From NCBI GenBank assembly GCA_000934665.2, contig JYFJ02001593.1:1-64000 (forward strand): a stretch of 64,000 nt of DNA, in the 5' to 3' direction. Below the pieces are notes generated by a model that was given only the letters and a program-made list of their open reading frames with translations, was not told the DNA's origin and did not search any database. Positions 50,965-63,568 of the stretch are shown in pieces. The first letter of the stretch is position 1. Each line of letters starts with the position of its first letter. Position numbers and translations under genes: made by a program. The stretch is from Catajapyx aquilonaris. Taxonomy: Eukaryota.

Positions 50965-52503
50965 TCACGGCCCAAAGAATGACAGCCCCACCCACATGCG
51001 TATGCGATACGGAGCAATCATCCTCCAAACTTCCTTCCTGGTGCTCTTCCTCAACTTCATTAATTTGCCGTCAAAGTACACCTCTGACAGGCTACTCCCA
51101 AAGTAATCCACCACCACGGACAGGATGCTGGTGGTCACAGAGTTGCTCACCAAGTTCAGGACTTGCAATTGAGTCATGGGATTCAGCCGAAGCAGCTGGT
51201 GCACACCACAGTCGTTCCAGGCATCGGCTATCACGCGAAGGTATGTTATGCTCTGGCAATGGGAGAGCAGGTAGGTCAGGTGTTCCCGTCTAATATTTAT
51301 ACGGTAGTCAATGACGGCGGCATGCGTCAGATGTTGGAATTGACTGCCAGTGTCTCGTGGAACATCAAAAACCATGGTGCACTTGGACAGCAGCAGGTGC
51401 TCCAGGTTCTGGCACAGTGAATTGATCTGAGCTAAATCAACGCTGCAGCACTGGTAGAGGGTCAAGCTGGTCATTTTGGGAAGGCTCCTGATGCCTCCAA
51501 GCATGCTGCTCACATTGTTGATGCCATTGAGTGACAAGTACACAAGTTGTGAAACTACAGCTTCAGCCAGCCCAAAGACCCTTCCTGCCGGTGGATTCAC
51601 AATAGACAGCATCTTCAGGCCTGAGAAGCAGTTGACCAAAGAGGCGTCATCATAATGAGACACTTGGACCTCCTGGAGTTGCGGAAAATGCTGTGCAAGC
51701 GAGGCCAACTGTTCGGCACCTATCACAATGGGGTACACAGATGCAGGAAGTGAGTACGTGTTGTTGCTAAGGAGGTCCTTGTCGTCACACAGTCCCAGGC
51801 TCTTCAGTTGGTACACACCCTGGACGTGTTCCAACACCTGAGTTACCATGTTGGGAATGAGGATCAACCGCTCCAGTTGTGGCACAGTGTCCAGGACATG
51901 CAGGATGTCCTCAATGCACTCTTTCTCACAATAGATGGTCATGAACCGCAAGTTCAGACAGCCCCCAAGTGTCACCCCCCCGTTTGGTTCGGACTTCCAC
52001 TGCATGCGAAGCTCCTTCAGGTACCGGCAATGCTCCACTAGATTTTGCGTTAGCTTGTGATAATTCACGATTTGAATGCCTATGAGATCCAGTGACTCCA
52101 AATGGCCGAGACACGGCAGCTGCGTGATGACAGCATCAATCTTGTTCAACATGCTTATGTAGCTCCCCACGTGCAGGTGCGTTAGTCCTTTCATCTTGTA
52201 CAGATTGTCCAGAACGAGTCCCACAACAGTTGAATCTCGAAATGCCACTTGCAAGAGCTCAAGGCGAGTGCAGCCTGGACAAATAGCATCACTGAAGTCA
52301 ATGCCACGGTACTTCTTGCCGGTGGCCTCCTTCAAAAGCATCTCCATGAACATGTTGGCCCTGTTGATGGGCATACAACTGGCGTATGACTGGATGTCCT
52401 GCGAGTTTCCTTGAGGATGCCGTCGACATGCATCTAGCAAATTCTTGACGAGTGCTTGCAAACTGAGGTCCACCAGCAGTGACGGTTTCTTCCGCAGTGG
52501 CAT
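50965..52503 (-). CDS. LRR protein with N-terminal BC-box/Cul2-box-like motifs (paralogue B, 512 aa, single coding exon)
   Basis: 512-aa ORF collinear with paralogue A; shared blocks DFS.AIC..CT.L, LDNL....GLTH, LDTVPQL, IV.G...L.S.A..FP.L, DL.QI.SL...LEHL, F.HLT..A.ID, LR.NPM..L..L, ILSVV...FG..LS.VYF.G. Confidence 0.85.
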   Translation of the reverse strand: MPLRKKPSLLVDLSLQALVKNLLDACRRHPQGNSQDIQSYASCMPINRANMFMEMLLKEATGKKYRGIDFSDAICPGCTRLELLQVAFRDSTVVGLVLDNLYKMKGLTHLHVGSYISMLNKIDAVITQLPCLGHLESLDLIGIQIVNYHKLTQNLVEHCRYLKELRMQWKSEPNGGVTLGGCLNLRFMTIYCEKECIEDILHVLDTVPQLERLILIPNMVTQVLEHVQGVYQLKSLGLCDDKDLLSNNTYSLPASVYPIVIGAEQLASLAQHFPQLQEVQVSHYDDASLVNCFSGLKMLSIVNPPAGRVFGLAEAVVSQLVYLSLNGINNVSSMLGGIRSLPKMTSLTLYQCCSVDLAQINSLCQNLEHLLLSKCTMVFDVPRDTGSQFQHLTHAAVIDYRINIRREHLTYLLSHCQSITYLRVIADAWNDCGVHQLLRLNPMTQLQVLNLVSNSVTTSILSVVVDYFGSSLSEVYFDGKLMKLRKSTRKEVWRMIAPYRIRMWVGLSFFGP

Positions 52504-54431
52504 CTAGGCACAAAAGCAGAAAGTCTGAGCATTAACCAGTAGTACGCAAGAGGTCAGTACCATAATCCACTCTACGCTAGAACTATAGCCAACGACAGCT
52601 TATGCACGTCTAAAAGACAAAATAATATTTAAAAACGTCTTTCACACCATAATAAAAAACCAACTACAGTATAATTAATACCTTTGTATGATACAGTGCT
52701 TTAAGATGATTAAGAATTCAACCTATGACCAAGGTTGTGACCACAAATTGAAATGCTGCACTGGACACTCTTTCCTTCTTTGTTGACCAGGCATACACAA
52801 GCTCACTTACATGGTAACTGGCTGGCCGAGAAATTGACGGTGGAAACAAATTAATTTAAGCTAATTTAATAGCCTTGTTACCGCAGAAACATTGTTGGTC
52901 ACACTTCGAATCAACCAGAGGCAAACAGATATTACAACATATTCAGCAAAACTGCACTGACATCAAAAGTCATTAATTGTTCTTCATATTAACTATTAAC
53001 AGTAATTGTTACCCTTGTAGGACACAGTACTCGTACAGAATATCTACAACATGTATTTAAAACTGCAGCGATAACTAATTAACGCTAACTAATTAACCTG
53101 GTGCCTGACCTCTTTCGTATGATCCTGCTGATATGGATATGAAATTCCATCGCTGAGGTTCGTTGCACATTGACCAATTTGTGTATACAGCATTCTGGCT
53201 TCAGACACTGAAATAAAAACAGCAGATTAAAAGATGGAAAGGTGTTAATTTGCATTACGAAAAATGATCGATTCACCATCACTCACTTCAGGTATCCGGA
53301 TCAGATCAACCGAGGTGTACAGCCACGTATTTGTTGCCTGTAAGGACACTTACCGCTTAATTATTCCACAACACACGACTGTGTACGGCCAAGAAATCAA
53401 AGACAAAACTCCTGTTATGATCTCTTTATTCTTATCCTTTGACTTTGAATAGAGAGAATTATTTTCCATGCTTCACATGGCAGAAAGCAATTTTCTCCAC
53501 ATTAACAAAATGTTGCTTTACTTGCACTTGTACCACAAATTATTATTATTATCATTATTAGTAATCACTCTGTAAATTGCAACCAATAGATCATTACTCT
53601 GGAAAAAAACAACAACAACAATACTTTGCAATAATATGATAATGAACAGCACAATGCAAACAAATCACATGACTCGTGTAATACAGTGTTAAAGCAAATT
53701 TAAAGACAGGATGGATAGCACCATGTTACATAGCATCCTCATTACTCATCACATGCATGAAAGAATAACACAGGCTGTCTGAAAAATACGGCACACACCA
53801 TACTTTCCATCCACCCTGTAGTCCGAGAGAGGATTCATAAAGAATAATGGAGTGAAACAGGTAGATGCAAAGAATAGACTGGTCCCCTAAAGTATCTTGC
53901 AGCAAAGATATGCACTCTTTTTTTTTTTCCCCTTCATAAATATCTCAGTCCTGACAGCGAAATAGGCAATATTGGCAAGTTGTGGAAACTTGCTGGTCCT
54001 CTCACGGGGCTAATGTTAGGCCACGAAGAAAAAAAAAAATTTACTAGTTCTTTCCTTGAGAGGTGGGAACTTCATTCTGAGGTGAAACATGAACCCTGAT
54101 GAAGCTCCAGCAGCGCCACAAGTAATGGCAGGAGGGAAAAAGTAGTCCCCAGAAGGCGAAATAAGCATTGATTAGTACGTATTTATGGCAATTTTGAATT
54201 CGTTCTATGTACAATTTATATTAATTCAATTGGTTCGTATTTCTTTTCTCTGTACATATTATTTAATATCTTCAAATCACGTCCTAATGACAGGTGAATT
54301 CCAGCCGCTGCCTTTCACAAAACTTGCTCAACAAACCGCAACGGTGTAAATAGCGAAGGAGGTAAAAACAGTGCGCCTCCAACTTCAAACGAAGCGAACA
54401 AAATGATAACCGAATAATCTGTGACCACAGA

Positions 54432-56363
54432 TCAAACTGGAGTCCCTATATCTGGGTCTCCTAGCCCATCTTGCTGCCTTATGGTGATGCTGTTCTGCCG
54501 GGTGTACAATTGTTGCTGTTGCTGCTGCAGCTGCTGGCTGGACAACCTCCTGGATGACTTTCTTGGGCACACCTGCGAGGGAGTTGGGGACGGAGAGGAA
54601 GACGATGGGTGGAGGGAAGCTCCTTCTTCTCTCTCTTCCTTCTTTGCTCCATCTTCGACCAATGGAGTCGCTTCCCTCTCAGGCGTCACTTGACACACAT
54701 GCTGTTGAAATAGTGCATTGGTAATTAAACATTGGTACTGAAATAGCTCTTTAAAAACAATTTTTAAACCAAATGCATCTCACAGAATCCAGTTTTCTGG
54801 TCTAATCACGATACGTCAGAGTTTGACATGCCAAGAAGCCAAGTTGGCAGTTCCCATCAGATCCTGGCATCCCCTCACAATGGCCTCGTAAAAAAAAAAC
54901 CAAGTTCTTTTACCTTAGATTCTTCTGTCCGCTCTACCACCACTGGTTCTGGCTCTTTGGCAACGGCCTCGGGAGAGGACCCCACCACATCCTCTTCTTC
55001 TTCAGCGTCACTCCCTGACCTGCTCCTGTACGACTCTGGTGTCCTTGGGCCAGTTGGAGTAGGCCCCATTGGGTCACACTGGATCTGGCCGACTTCCTCC
55101 TCCTCCTCCTCTTCTGCTTCGAGCCCATTCAGGACTGCCCCCCATTCCCCCTTCCCTCCACCCACCTCTGGATCAAAGAATGGGTAGGTCCCTCCAGACC
55201 CGTCCCAATCCTCCCCGTCGCTGTCCGGCTGTACGTAGCGAACCTCCAGCCTCACTTCGCCCTCTTGATTGGAGAGCAGCTCCACAGCTTCTCGATGACA
55301 CGCTTGCCTCAGGTCCACTCCATTCACGGACAGAAGGGCATCTCCTACGTGGAGTTCTCCCGACCTGGCGGCTGGGCCCTTGCGGTGCAGCTCGGACACT
55401 AGAATTGGGATGCCGTGTTCACGACCCCCAGTGATGGACATGCCCAGACCTGACAATTTCAGCAGCAATAATTTAGTGTCACTTTGCAATTGCCACAAGT
55501 TCAATATCAGTTAAACTGCATGAAAGCATTGTGATGCAAAACTTTTTGTCAAAGCTTCCTACAACATGACGTTGCAATACCACAAAAAAGGCTCTACATG
55601 CATGATGATTTATATTACGCCTTGTTTAACATACAATATTCACGAAGGAATCTAATAATTTCTTCACTTGGTGCCACGTCTCTAGATATATAGAAATAAA
55701 CATGTTGAATAGCATCACCTGTGTTCTTAGCGTGATATGGCTATAAATCCAATTGGCCTTCCTTTCACGGAATAGATAGTTTCCCAACCTTTTAATGGCT
55801 ACCTGTTCCAACTGACCTTCCTCTGCGTCCTTCCTGAGGCAGACTTCCCTCTTGAGCCCAGAGGGAGGTGACTTCTCTTGTGCCTTCCTCCTGCTGCGAC
55901 ATGCCCTCACAACCGTTTTGTGTCGGTGCAAGTGTATCTCCGCCTCCAGCTGCGCCCACAGTCGATCTCGCAACTCAGGTCGCATGTGGTGTCTCCCCAG
56001 CAGCTGGATCTGCTGGATCCTCCCAGCCAGCTCCTTGTCCAGGTAGCGTGCAGCCAGACGCGCCCCGCAGGCTTCCCCATGCAGGGCCAGGAGGGCTTTC
56101 CTCAGCGATGCATTCTCCGATCTAAGCTGGGCCGACTCGCACCTCAAGGTCTCCTCGGCCAGTCCCTTACGCTGCCTCTCGTCCAGTTCCGACTCTAGCC
56201 TGCGTTTAATCTGGGCTGTGTTGTCCGGCTGCTGCTGGTTCCTCCCCAACACCTGCAGCTGGGCTGTGTGGAGGTGGACAACCATGCTGTGCAGCTCTTT
56301 TTCCAGGACTGCCTGACGAGCACGTGCGTCCACCAGTTCAGTCCTCAAATGGACCAGCTCAGC
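54432..56363 (-). CDS. GOPC: Golgi-associated PDZ and coiled-coil protein GOPC/PIST, 3' exons (5' exons outside the window)
   Basis: Exons 56363-55817, 55449-54914 and 54701-54432. [72 protein letters not shown]...[14 protein letters not shown] did not find the N-terminal exons within the window. Confidence 0.93.
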
Positions 56364-59300
56364 CTGAGGAGGAGAGAATTATGAAAATTTATGAATAAGA
56401 CATAAATAATTAAACCAACATCAGTAAAACTACACTGCATGAACATTGCTGACTTTTTATTTATTAATTACCTAAGTGTCGAATGCTCTCAGCATGCAAA
56501 TGTATCGTTATGAAGAAAAATACATTCCGATTACGGTTTAAATTAACCACAAAGTATTTCTGTGTATAACTTCTGGTGTATAACATACAGAAACAAAGAG
56601 TAAATTCCCACCAATTGCATGTTCTGCACAAGGCAATCATGCAATGTAATGACAAGAAATGTACGGTTTCAGTTTGCCTGTCTGGTAAGCCTGTAATTTT
56701 TGGCATACACTTTTTCCAAGACCATTTCCCCTGTAATTTTATGTCCTTAATACCGCACTAAACAAGCTACACATTTTCATATGTATACCTTTCGATTCAG
56801 AATTGAGCGCAGAGTTGCATCTGTGAACATCAGCACTTAACACCTCTGATAACCATTAAAATAATCAAGTTAGTGCCAAAAATCACTATCAATTTCATTT
56901 CCATGTAATCACACTTATAAACTGTAGAGATGACATATTCTAAAATTTTGTCCCCGCCTTTGTGATTTAATTCCCCTATTCGTACACACCTTCGCCAAAT
57001 GTTTCGAGGAACATGACGCAAACGAGGTTATCAATACTCTCGATATAGAAATGCATCCCTGGATGACGCAAAAACAAGCACGACCCTTGACAGTTATTTT
57101 CCCAGAATTTCCTGTACTTCCGTCTCTCTTTTTTTTTCTTTTTCATTCCAAAAGTACCCCCAGTATTAACTCGCATGGTTTACTTCAAAAATGTACTTAG
57201 CATCCAGAGAATGTTCTCATGGCCCGACGCTGACACGAGACATGCAGCTGCTGACAACTCCAAGGTTAACAGAGCCTTTCTGGTCAATTTACCTGACGTC
57301 CAGACAAATAAACTTGTTGCACCACAAAATGGGTAAGGTTACCCAAGTTCTGCGCTAAACCTGGGAGCCAAAGAGGACAATTATAATTACGCCCAAAATA
57401 GTTGATGACACCCAAGGCGCCACAAATCAGACGTTTGCCAATGTGCCAGTCCGTCAAGAGCATTCCTCTCCAGTGTTTACGCAGCAGGATTCCTTTCCCT
57501 GTGGTGCTGTTATGCCACAGCTAGGAAGGAAACGCGTTACCTAATTCAGACCAGACAGGCACCAGTCTCAAAATCGACCAAAATTAGCTACTTCTTGGTG
57601 GGCTATCCAAATAAATCAGGGAGATATTGCCAGCCCAGATGTCAGCGACTTATTTCCACTTCACTCAATAATTATACAGATCGATGTGGTCAGCAACCCG
57701 GCAGACACAGCTAGAAATAGATTCGGGGATCGTAAAAGGTGTTTACAACTGAGGGTATAATTTGGCTTTTCCGCACTTTGTTGCTGTTTTTTCTCTCTGA
57801 CCGCCGATTCCGGCAACTGCATCACCGTCTGGCTGGGGTGAGCACATACAGTATATGTCAGGAGGACCTTCGAATTTTGAAAAAGTGGCTATACCTGTAC
57901 ATCTCTGGCTCCTGGAACGATGTCAAGGCCGTTTTGTGTCTGTACCTGCTGGGATCTGATTTCGGGGCGGCGAAGTTAAAAGCGTTTCATTGGCACCGGA
58001 AGCCGCATGTCGCCAGCACCAAAGTTAGCAGAAAGGGTAACAGAAATAAAGGGGAGAGACATATAAAAATAAAATAACTTTAATCGGGCCCACAAAACAC
58101 CGCAATCTAAACCTCGGCAAAGATAAGGCAGTATAATTTTGCGAATTTATACATACTGCAAAAAGTGCCTTCCAGGGAAGTGTCTGCATTCTTTGGGTGA
58201 TGACAGCCGATACTAATCTCTGCTGACATTTCGACACTGACCTTCCTCGGATTTGCGAGACTAATCTCTACAACTGACGTGTGGCCCTCAATAATATAGT
58301 TGAAGGATATCCGTGAACGTCGGCACATATTTGTTATTGAAGTACTCATTAAGGATTTCGCGGGTGATAAAACTGGGGATTCCGAATAAGCTAGAGGCCC
58401 AGTAACGAAATAAGCGCGCAATGGGTCCACCACACCCGATCTTACAGAGTCAAGGTTGGCCCATTAAAAGCGACTTGAACAAACAGGGTAAATACACCGT
58501 TTGCTTCCTTTTTAATTGCACCCCTCCCGGTGGACAGTCCTTGACCATATTCAGAGAGTGACAGCTACACTTTCCGTTTCATACTCCAAGGTCAGTCCTT
58601 TAGGAGGCGGAAGGGGTCACGACCTGTTAGCACATGTCACTTTGAACTATATACGCCGAAATGCCCACAATCAAAAATAAGCTGCCCGATAAGGTGATAT
58701 CAGGTTTTAGTGTCCAGATCCGCCAAATCGAATACCGAACAAATAATAATTTGAGCTATACTTGAACGGATCCGATTAATTGAAAAGCCAAGAGCTCATT
58801 ATTAAGGACCACCCTGCGCTGAATGAATCAGGTTTCAACGGACAAAAATTCGTCAGTATAGGAGCTAGACTGAACCAGTAGCTTTTTTATATATATATCT
58901 GACCTTTCCTTTTTCTGCCAGCTCGACCTTTTGACCCTGGCCCTTCAACCGGCTCTGAAGGCAGGCTGTCTGCTTCGACCACCCTAGTTTCACCATCCCC
59001 ACCACCACCACCACCACCACAATTCCATTTTTGGTCCAACAGCATCAACAAGCAAGGGCTCCAGGCCGTTGACTCACACTCCCATCGGAAAAGGATCACT
59101 TGAGATATCTCCACAAGTTTGACCTTTGACCCGCTTCCTATATACGCACACATTCGGACGCAACCCTTGGCATAATAAAAGTATATTACTCGATTCGACC
59201 GCTGTGTTTGTTATTCTAATGACTATAACCCAGGCTATGAAACAACAACTCATTTCCCCCTGTGGTGAGATCACTGATCAGTAATGATCATATGTATTGC

Positions 59301-59725
59301 TTGTGCCACGAATTCTTTTCGAGTGAACCCGCATCCTTCCGGAGGTGACCCCCCTGTGAATGTCCGAGTGTCCAAAAAGTCCTTCCTGAGGAGGCAATGG
59401 CACCTTGGCAGTGCTTCAGGATCCTTGAGCCTCCAACCCCACCACCACCATGTAAATAAGCCCACCCTCTCTCTCTCTCTCAGCCAAGCCCAGCATCCCT
59501 GTGTTGTCTGAGTGTGTTGGGACACAGTTGAAGTCTGGCAGGCACAGAGGAAGGTCCTGCACCACCATATCTGGGAGGAGTGTGATGATGAGCCGGCGCC
59601 GGGCATCATCCAGATAGGCTGCGGCTCTTGAGTCACGTGCTTCTTTCAACTATATAATATACAAAGACGTCTTTTCTCTCTCTCTGTGGGATCTCTCCTT
59701 CTGTTGCTTTTCTTCCGGAGAGTGA

Positions 59726-62700
59726 ATGCCAACAATGCAGTGCTTCCGGTGTCGGAGGTGGGACGGTGGGTGCGACAATGGGAGGAGGGACAGGTGTGCA
59801 CTCGCGGTTACAGTGATCTTCATGTGCTGTGTCCAGCGTGTGTGGACAGCACCGGCTGCCGACGCGGATCCGGCGTCGGGAGCGTCGTCGTCGTCGTCGG
59901 GGGCATCCGGGGTGCCCTCGTGGTCCTACGCGATCTCACACAGCAGCAGGCAGGTCAGTCAGAAATAGTTGCTGGTGCCATAATCGCAGCTTATCTCGAG
60001 GTCCTGAACCTTTTCTGCACTGGATGCAGCTAGTTTTTGCACTCCTTTTTACCACTCAAACTACGTAATGTACATAACACAAGAGACATGTTCACTCCAG
60101 AAACCAGCACGAATGAAAGCAACAAGTACTCACTTTTGGAGTGTTGCTGGAGAAAACAATTTTTTTGAACAACTGTGCTTTGGTTTATTGGACATCCGGA
60201 CAAGTACGCTCGTATGAATCAGAAGGAAATTTATACTATCCGGATCGGGAATCGAAATCAGGACATCGGAGGTGGTATGGCACCACCTTGAAAATGTGGA
60301 CAGACAGTGAAAGCTGCTAATATACAGAATAATGCAAAGTATGACAGATTGTAATTAAAATGCATCGGGTATCTCACACAAAAAAAAAACAGGTTGGCCA
60401 TCACTCGTCAGTGCATAATATAAACGCACATGCACTCAAACCCGTAATTAAAACGTCGGCTCATAAATGCAGCGTGTCAAGACAAACTGGTTCACCAAGT
60501 GCTGCATGGAACGAGCAGCTAATGCGGGGGAAAAAAATGATTCAATGGAACTATAGCTTCTTTTTTCGGACAGCGACCATGTGCATCTCACTCGTAGGGC
60601 CTCTCATTAACATAATTAAACTGTCAAGTGATGGGTGACAGCAGCCTGTGGAGTCGTCGTTATAAAATGTTGCATGCGCGGGTGGTTAAGGAAAAACAAA
60701 CATGTTGCGTAACAGATAACTTCCTGGGTGTGCTTGCCACTCGAAACATAACCCATCATCACATCATTACCATCACCTTCAATGATCTACACCAGGTTAA
60801 CACTTTCGATCAACTCCTCCCAAAACGCGCCAAAACGAAGGTTAACATGCACTGAAAATATTTTCCACGTGAAATGAACGCCTAATTGCACAGTATAACA
60901 CAATTTAATGAGCCGTGCATTTTTTTTAAATACCTACATTGGTTAAATGATTAAATTAATTACGTGTGTCTGGAGTCTATGTCGCACCATACAATGGAAA
61001 AAGTAATAAATAAATAAATAATGAGCAGTGTCTCTTAGTCAAATATTATCACAAGTGAACCCGTTGTCAATTTGTCAAACAACTTTAATGAGAATGCCCT
61101 CCGATTTACCACGTAGTTCTACTTTTCACGGATAGATGGCGCACACGCCCTCTGCACACTCCTGCCACCCTCAGGTCGTGCGAGAGATAGTGGCACTATC
61201 TGGTCGGACAAACATCCGACGGAGCGTATAAGCCTATTATGAGAAAAATGCTGAAAGTTGGTTGATATAATCATGCAGAAGCACACACCAGCCTCTCAAT
61301 TTGGTCCATTAATTTGTTCATTAGTTGAGCAGTAATTGCAGTTAATTCTGGCTGAATATTAAATGTTGTTTTTAAAACTCTGCAGCAGCATACATAATGG
61401 AGCGTGTCCCTGAACTAGTCTGCGTTCAATCTACTTTTTTTTCCCCCGTCTTAACTCATCCCATTCATAACTTGGGGAGTGACGTGTAACGAGCACTTTT
61501 CCAAAACACCTATTTCCGGGGTGTGTGTGTGTGTATGGCGGGGGGTAGACATGTGGCAAATGGAAAAGGCATTCCTGGGCACGGAATCCCACCTGCTGAA
61601 GCGTCGGAAGAACAAAATGCTCCAGAAATAGATGGTTCCAGGGGGGGATGCGGCTCACAGCATTTGCGATGTGCAACCGGCTGCTTCGCATTTAAGGAGA
61701 TATATTTTTTGCGCGGCCCACGCACCAATTTTCGCCCACCCCTTTTTGGTCGAATATTACTGGCGACACTCTATTTATAGAATCTTGGGGGAGGGGTGAA
61801 AGAGTAAATTACGGCGGATTATTTCAACAGCGCGGGGATGTCTTACTAATGACTCGCCCAAATGCATTGCCGACAAATCACTCGCGAGTTGGCCCACCTC
61901 GCTCTGGCAACAACCCAAAATTGCGGACAAAAAGAGTCGTTAAATAGGCAGGAAAAAAGAGCACACAAATTAGCCTCTGGCTCTTTATACGTTTCCCTCT
62001 CAGTTTGGCGGTCAATTAAATATATTGTACGCTCAAATTGGTGGCAGGCCCTTTTATTGTGGTGTCTATACAAACACGCGAGATGCGGTCCGAAGAAAAT
62101 TTTCTGGATTGGGCGGGCTTACACAATCTGATGTTTCGTAACCCTTGTCACGCCCTCTAAATTTTAGATTTATCAACATTTCCTTCTTGTACCGACTGCG
62201 ATAAACGCCTCGTTTACACATGTACGGAGCTGATAAGAGTTGAGTATGACAAGAGACGCCGGAGGGACACAGGCCCTCATGAGGTCATTTCAAACATTTG
62301 CGTGCTCTGGAGGACGACAATTTAAAGAACGCTATACATATGTTGAAGTACGCATTAATCTATCACGTAAAATGCAGGCACGCACTACATATTTACCTTC
62401 ATGATTTCCTGAGTGGGATATAATAGGAAACGTATGAATTCCCGCTAGAAACTTCGGACAAGGACACAGAAAAAGGAGCCTATAATAATCTAGACCCTAA
62501 ATATTTACACTCGTACCTCAAGACTCGTCGGGTCCGACGCCTTGTCCCAAATTAAAGGGTAAGTTCACAATCAAGGACCAGGGTTGAGCAAAAAAAAAAA
62601 AAAAAACTCCGTCGCGTGTAGCCCCAAACATGACAAGATGTGGTAAAAAAATATATATAAAAAACTAGCAGCAGATCTGACTACTGTTTTGAAACAAAAA

Positions 62701-63568
62701 ATAATTCGAGCTCGACACAAAAATTTGCAGAGTGGCAGATTAGTTATGCATGAACGCAATGCTGGAAAAGTAGCACCGCATAAAAACCATCTTATTAATT
62801 TAATGAATCGCCGTAATTCTCTAAATCGATGTATAGTTGTGCGAAAAATATTAATTGCGGCTGAATGTGTAACAAAAGTAGTCATTGAATCGTGAAGATA
62901 AATCACTGTTTGCTCTCATTCAATTTGTCAGGGCATTACATCCATCACGATTTACTGTAGCAAAATGTACCACAAGCTGTACGTGTGAAGCCAGGCCCTT
63001 TTATTTATAAACAACAAAGCCATAAAATGACGAGTTGGTGCAGTGATTATCGAAGGTCAAGAGCACTTGACGAAAAGAGCAAGGCTCGAGTCCCTATATG
63101 AAAACACCGGCGAAATGAAAGGCGCAACTAATTATTCTCATAATAATTTCAGCCTTCATGTGTATATCAACTGTGTATTGGTAACTAAAGCAAGCCAAAC
63201 AAAAACTGTGTGCCCCTGGCTAAGGAAAAGTAGCGGCGCCAAGCAGACGTCTGGTGTCAATCCTAATTAATAGGTTTGCTTGGCTGTTAACAAGCCAGAC
63301 AGTGGGCGGAACACAATGGTCTTTTTGAAAGGCGTCTCTCTCTCCAGCTCATTTTCTCCATATATTCTGACAGGGGGTGTCGTCGCTCCAGGCGTCCCTG
63401 GCGTCGGTGGAGGAGCGTCTGAGAGGAGTGGACGCGGCCCTGAGTCTGAGGGTGGCCCCACGACTGGAACTGGGCCTGGAGCAGCTGGGAAGGCGCCTGG
63501 AAGCACTGGAAGCCCGCATGTCCAGAGGGGATGCCCTCCTGGAAGTCAGGCTCCTCAAGATCAACGAG
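59726..63568 (+). CDS. Nested antisense gene in the GOPC intron: signal-peptide-like segment plus coiled coil (partial; possibly fibrinogen/angiopoietin-related)
   Basis: TATATAA at 59651. Exon 59726-59953 (...CALAVTVIFMCCVQRVWT-APAADA...SSRQ, gtcagt donor) joins in phase 0 to exon 63374-63568 (GVSSLQASLASVEERLRG...LEQLGRRLEALEARMSR...LLKINE, gttcgt donor), which has heptad Leu periodicity. Confidence 0.6.
61083..61230 (+). repeat. Dispersed ~145-bp repeat, copy 3
   Basis: ctttaatgagaatgccctccgatttaccacgtagttctacttttcacggatagatggcgcacacgccctctgcacactcctgccaccctcaggtcgtgcgagagatagtggcactatctggtcggacaaacatccgacggagcgtata. Confidence 0.85.

Noticed and set aside
60236..60292. tRNA B-box-like fragment on the minus strand (similar trace at about 24428-24450)
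   Set aside because: Only a partial TTCGATTCC match with no A box or cloverleaf; at most a decayed SINE head.
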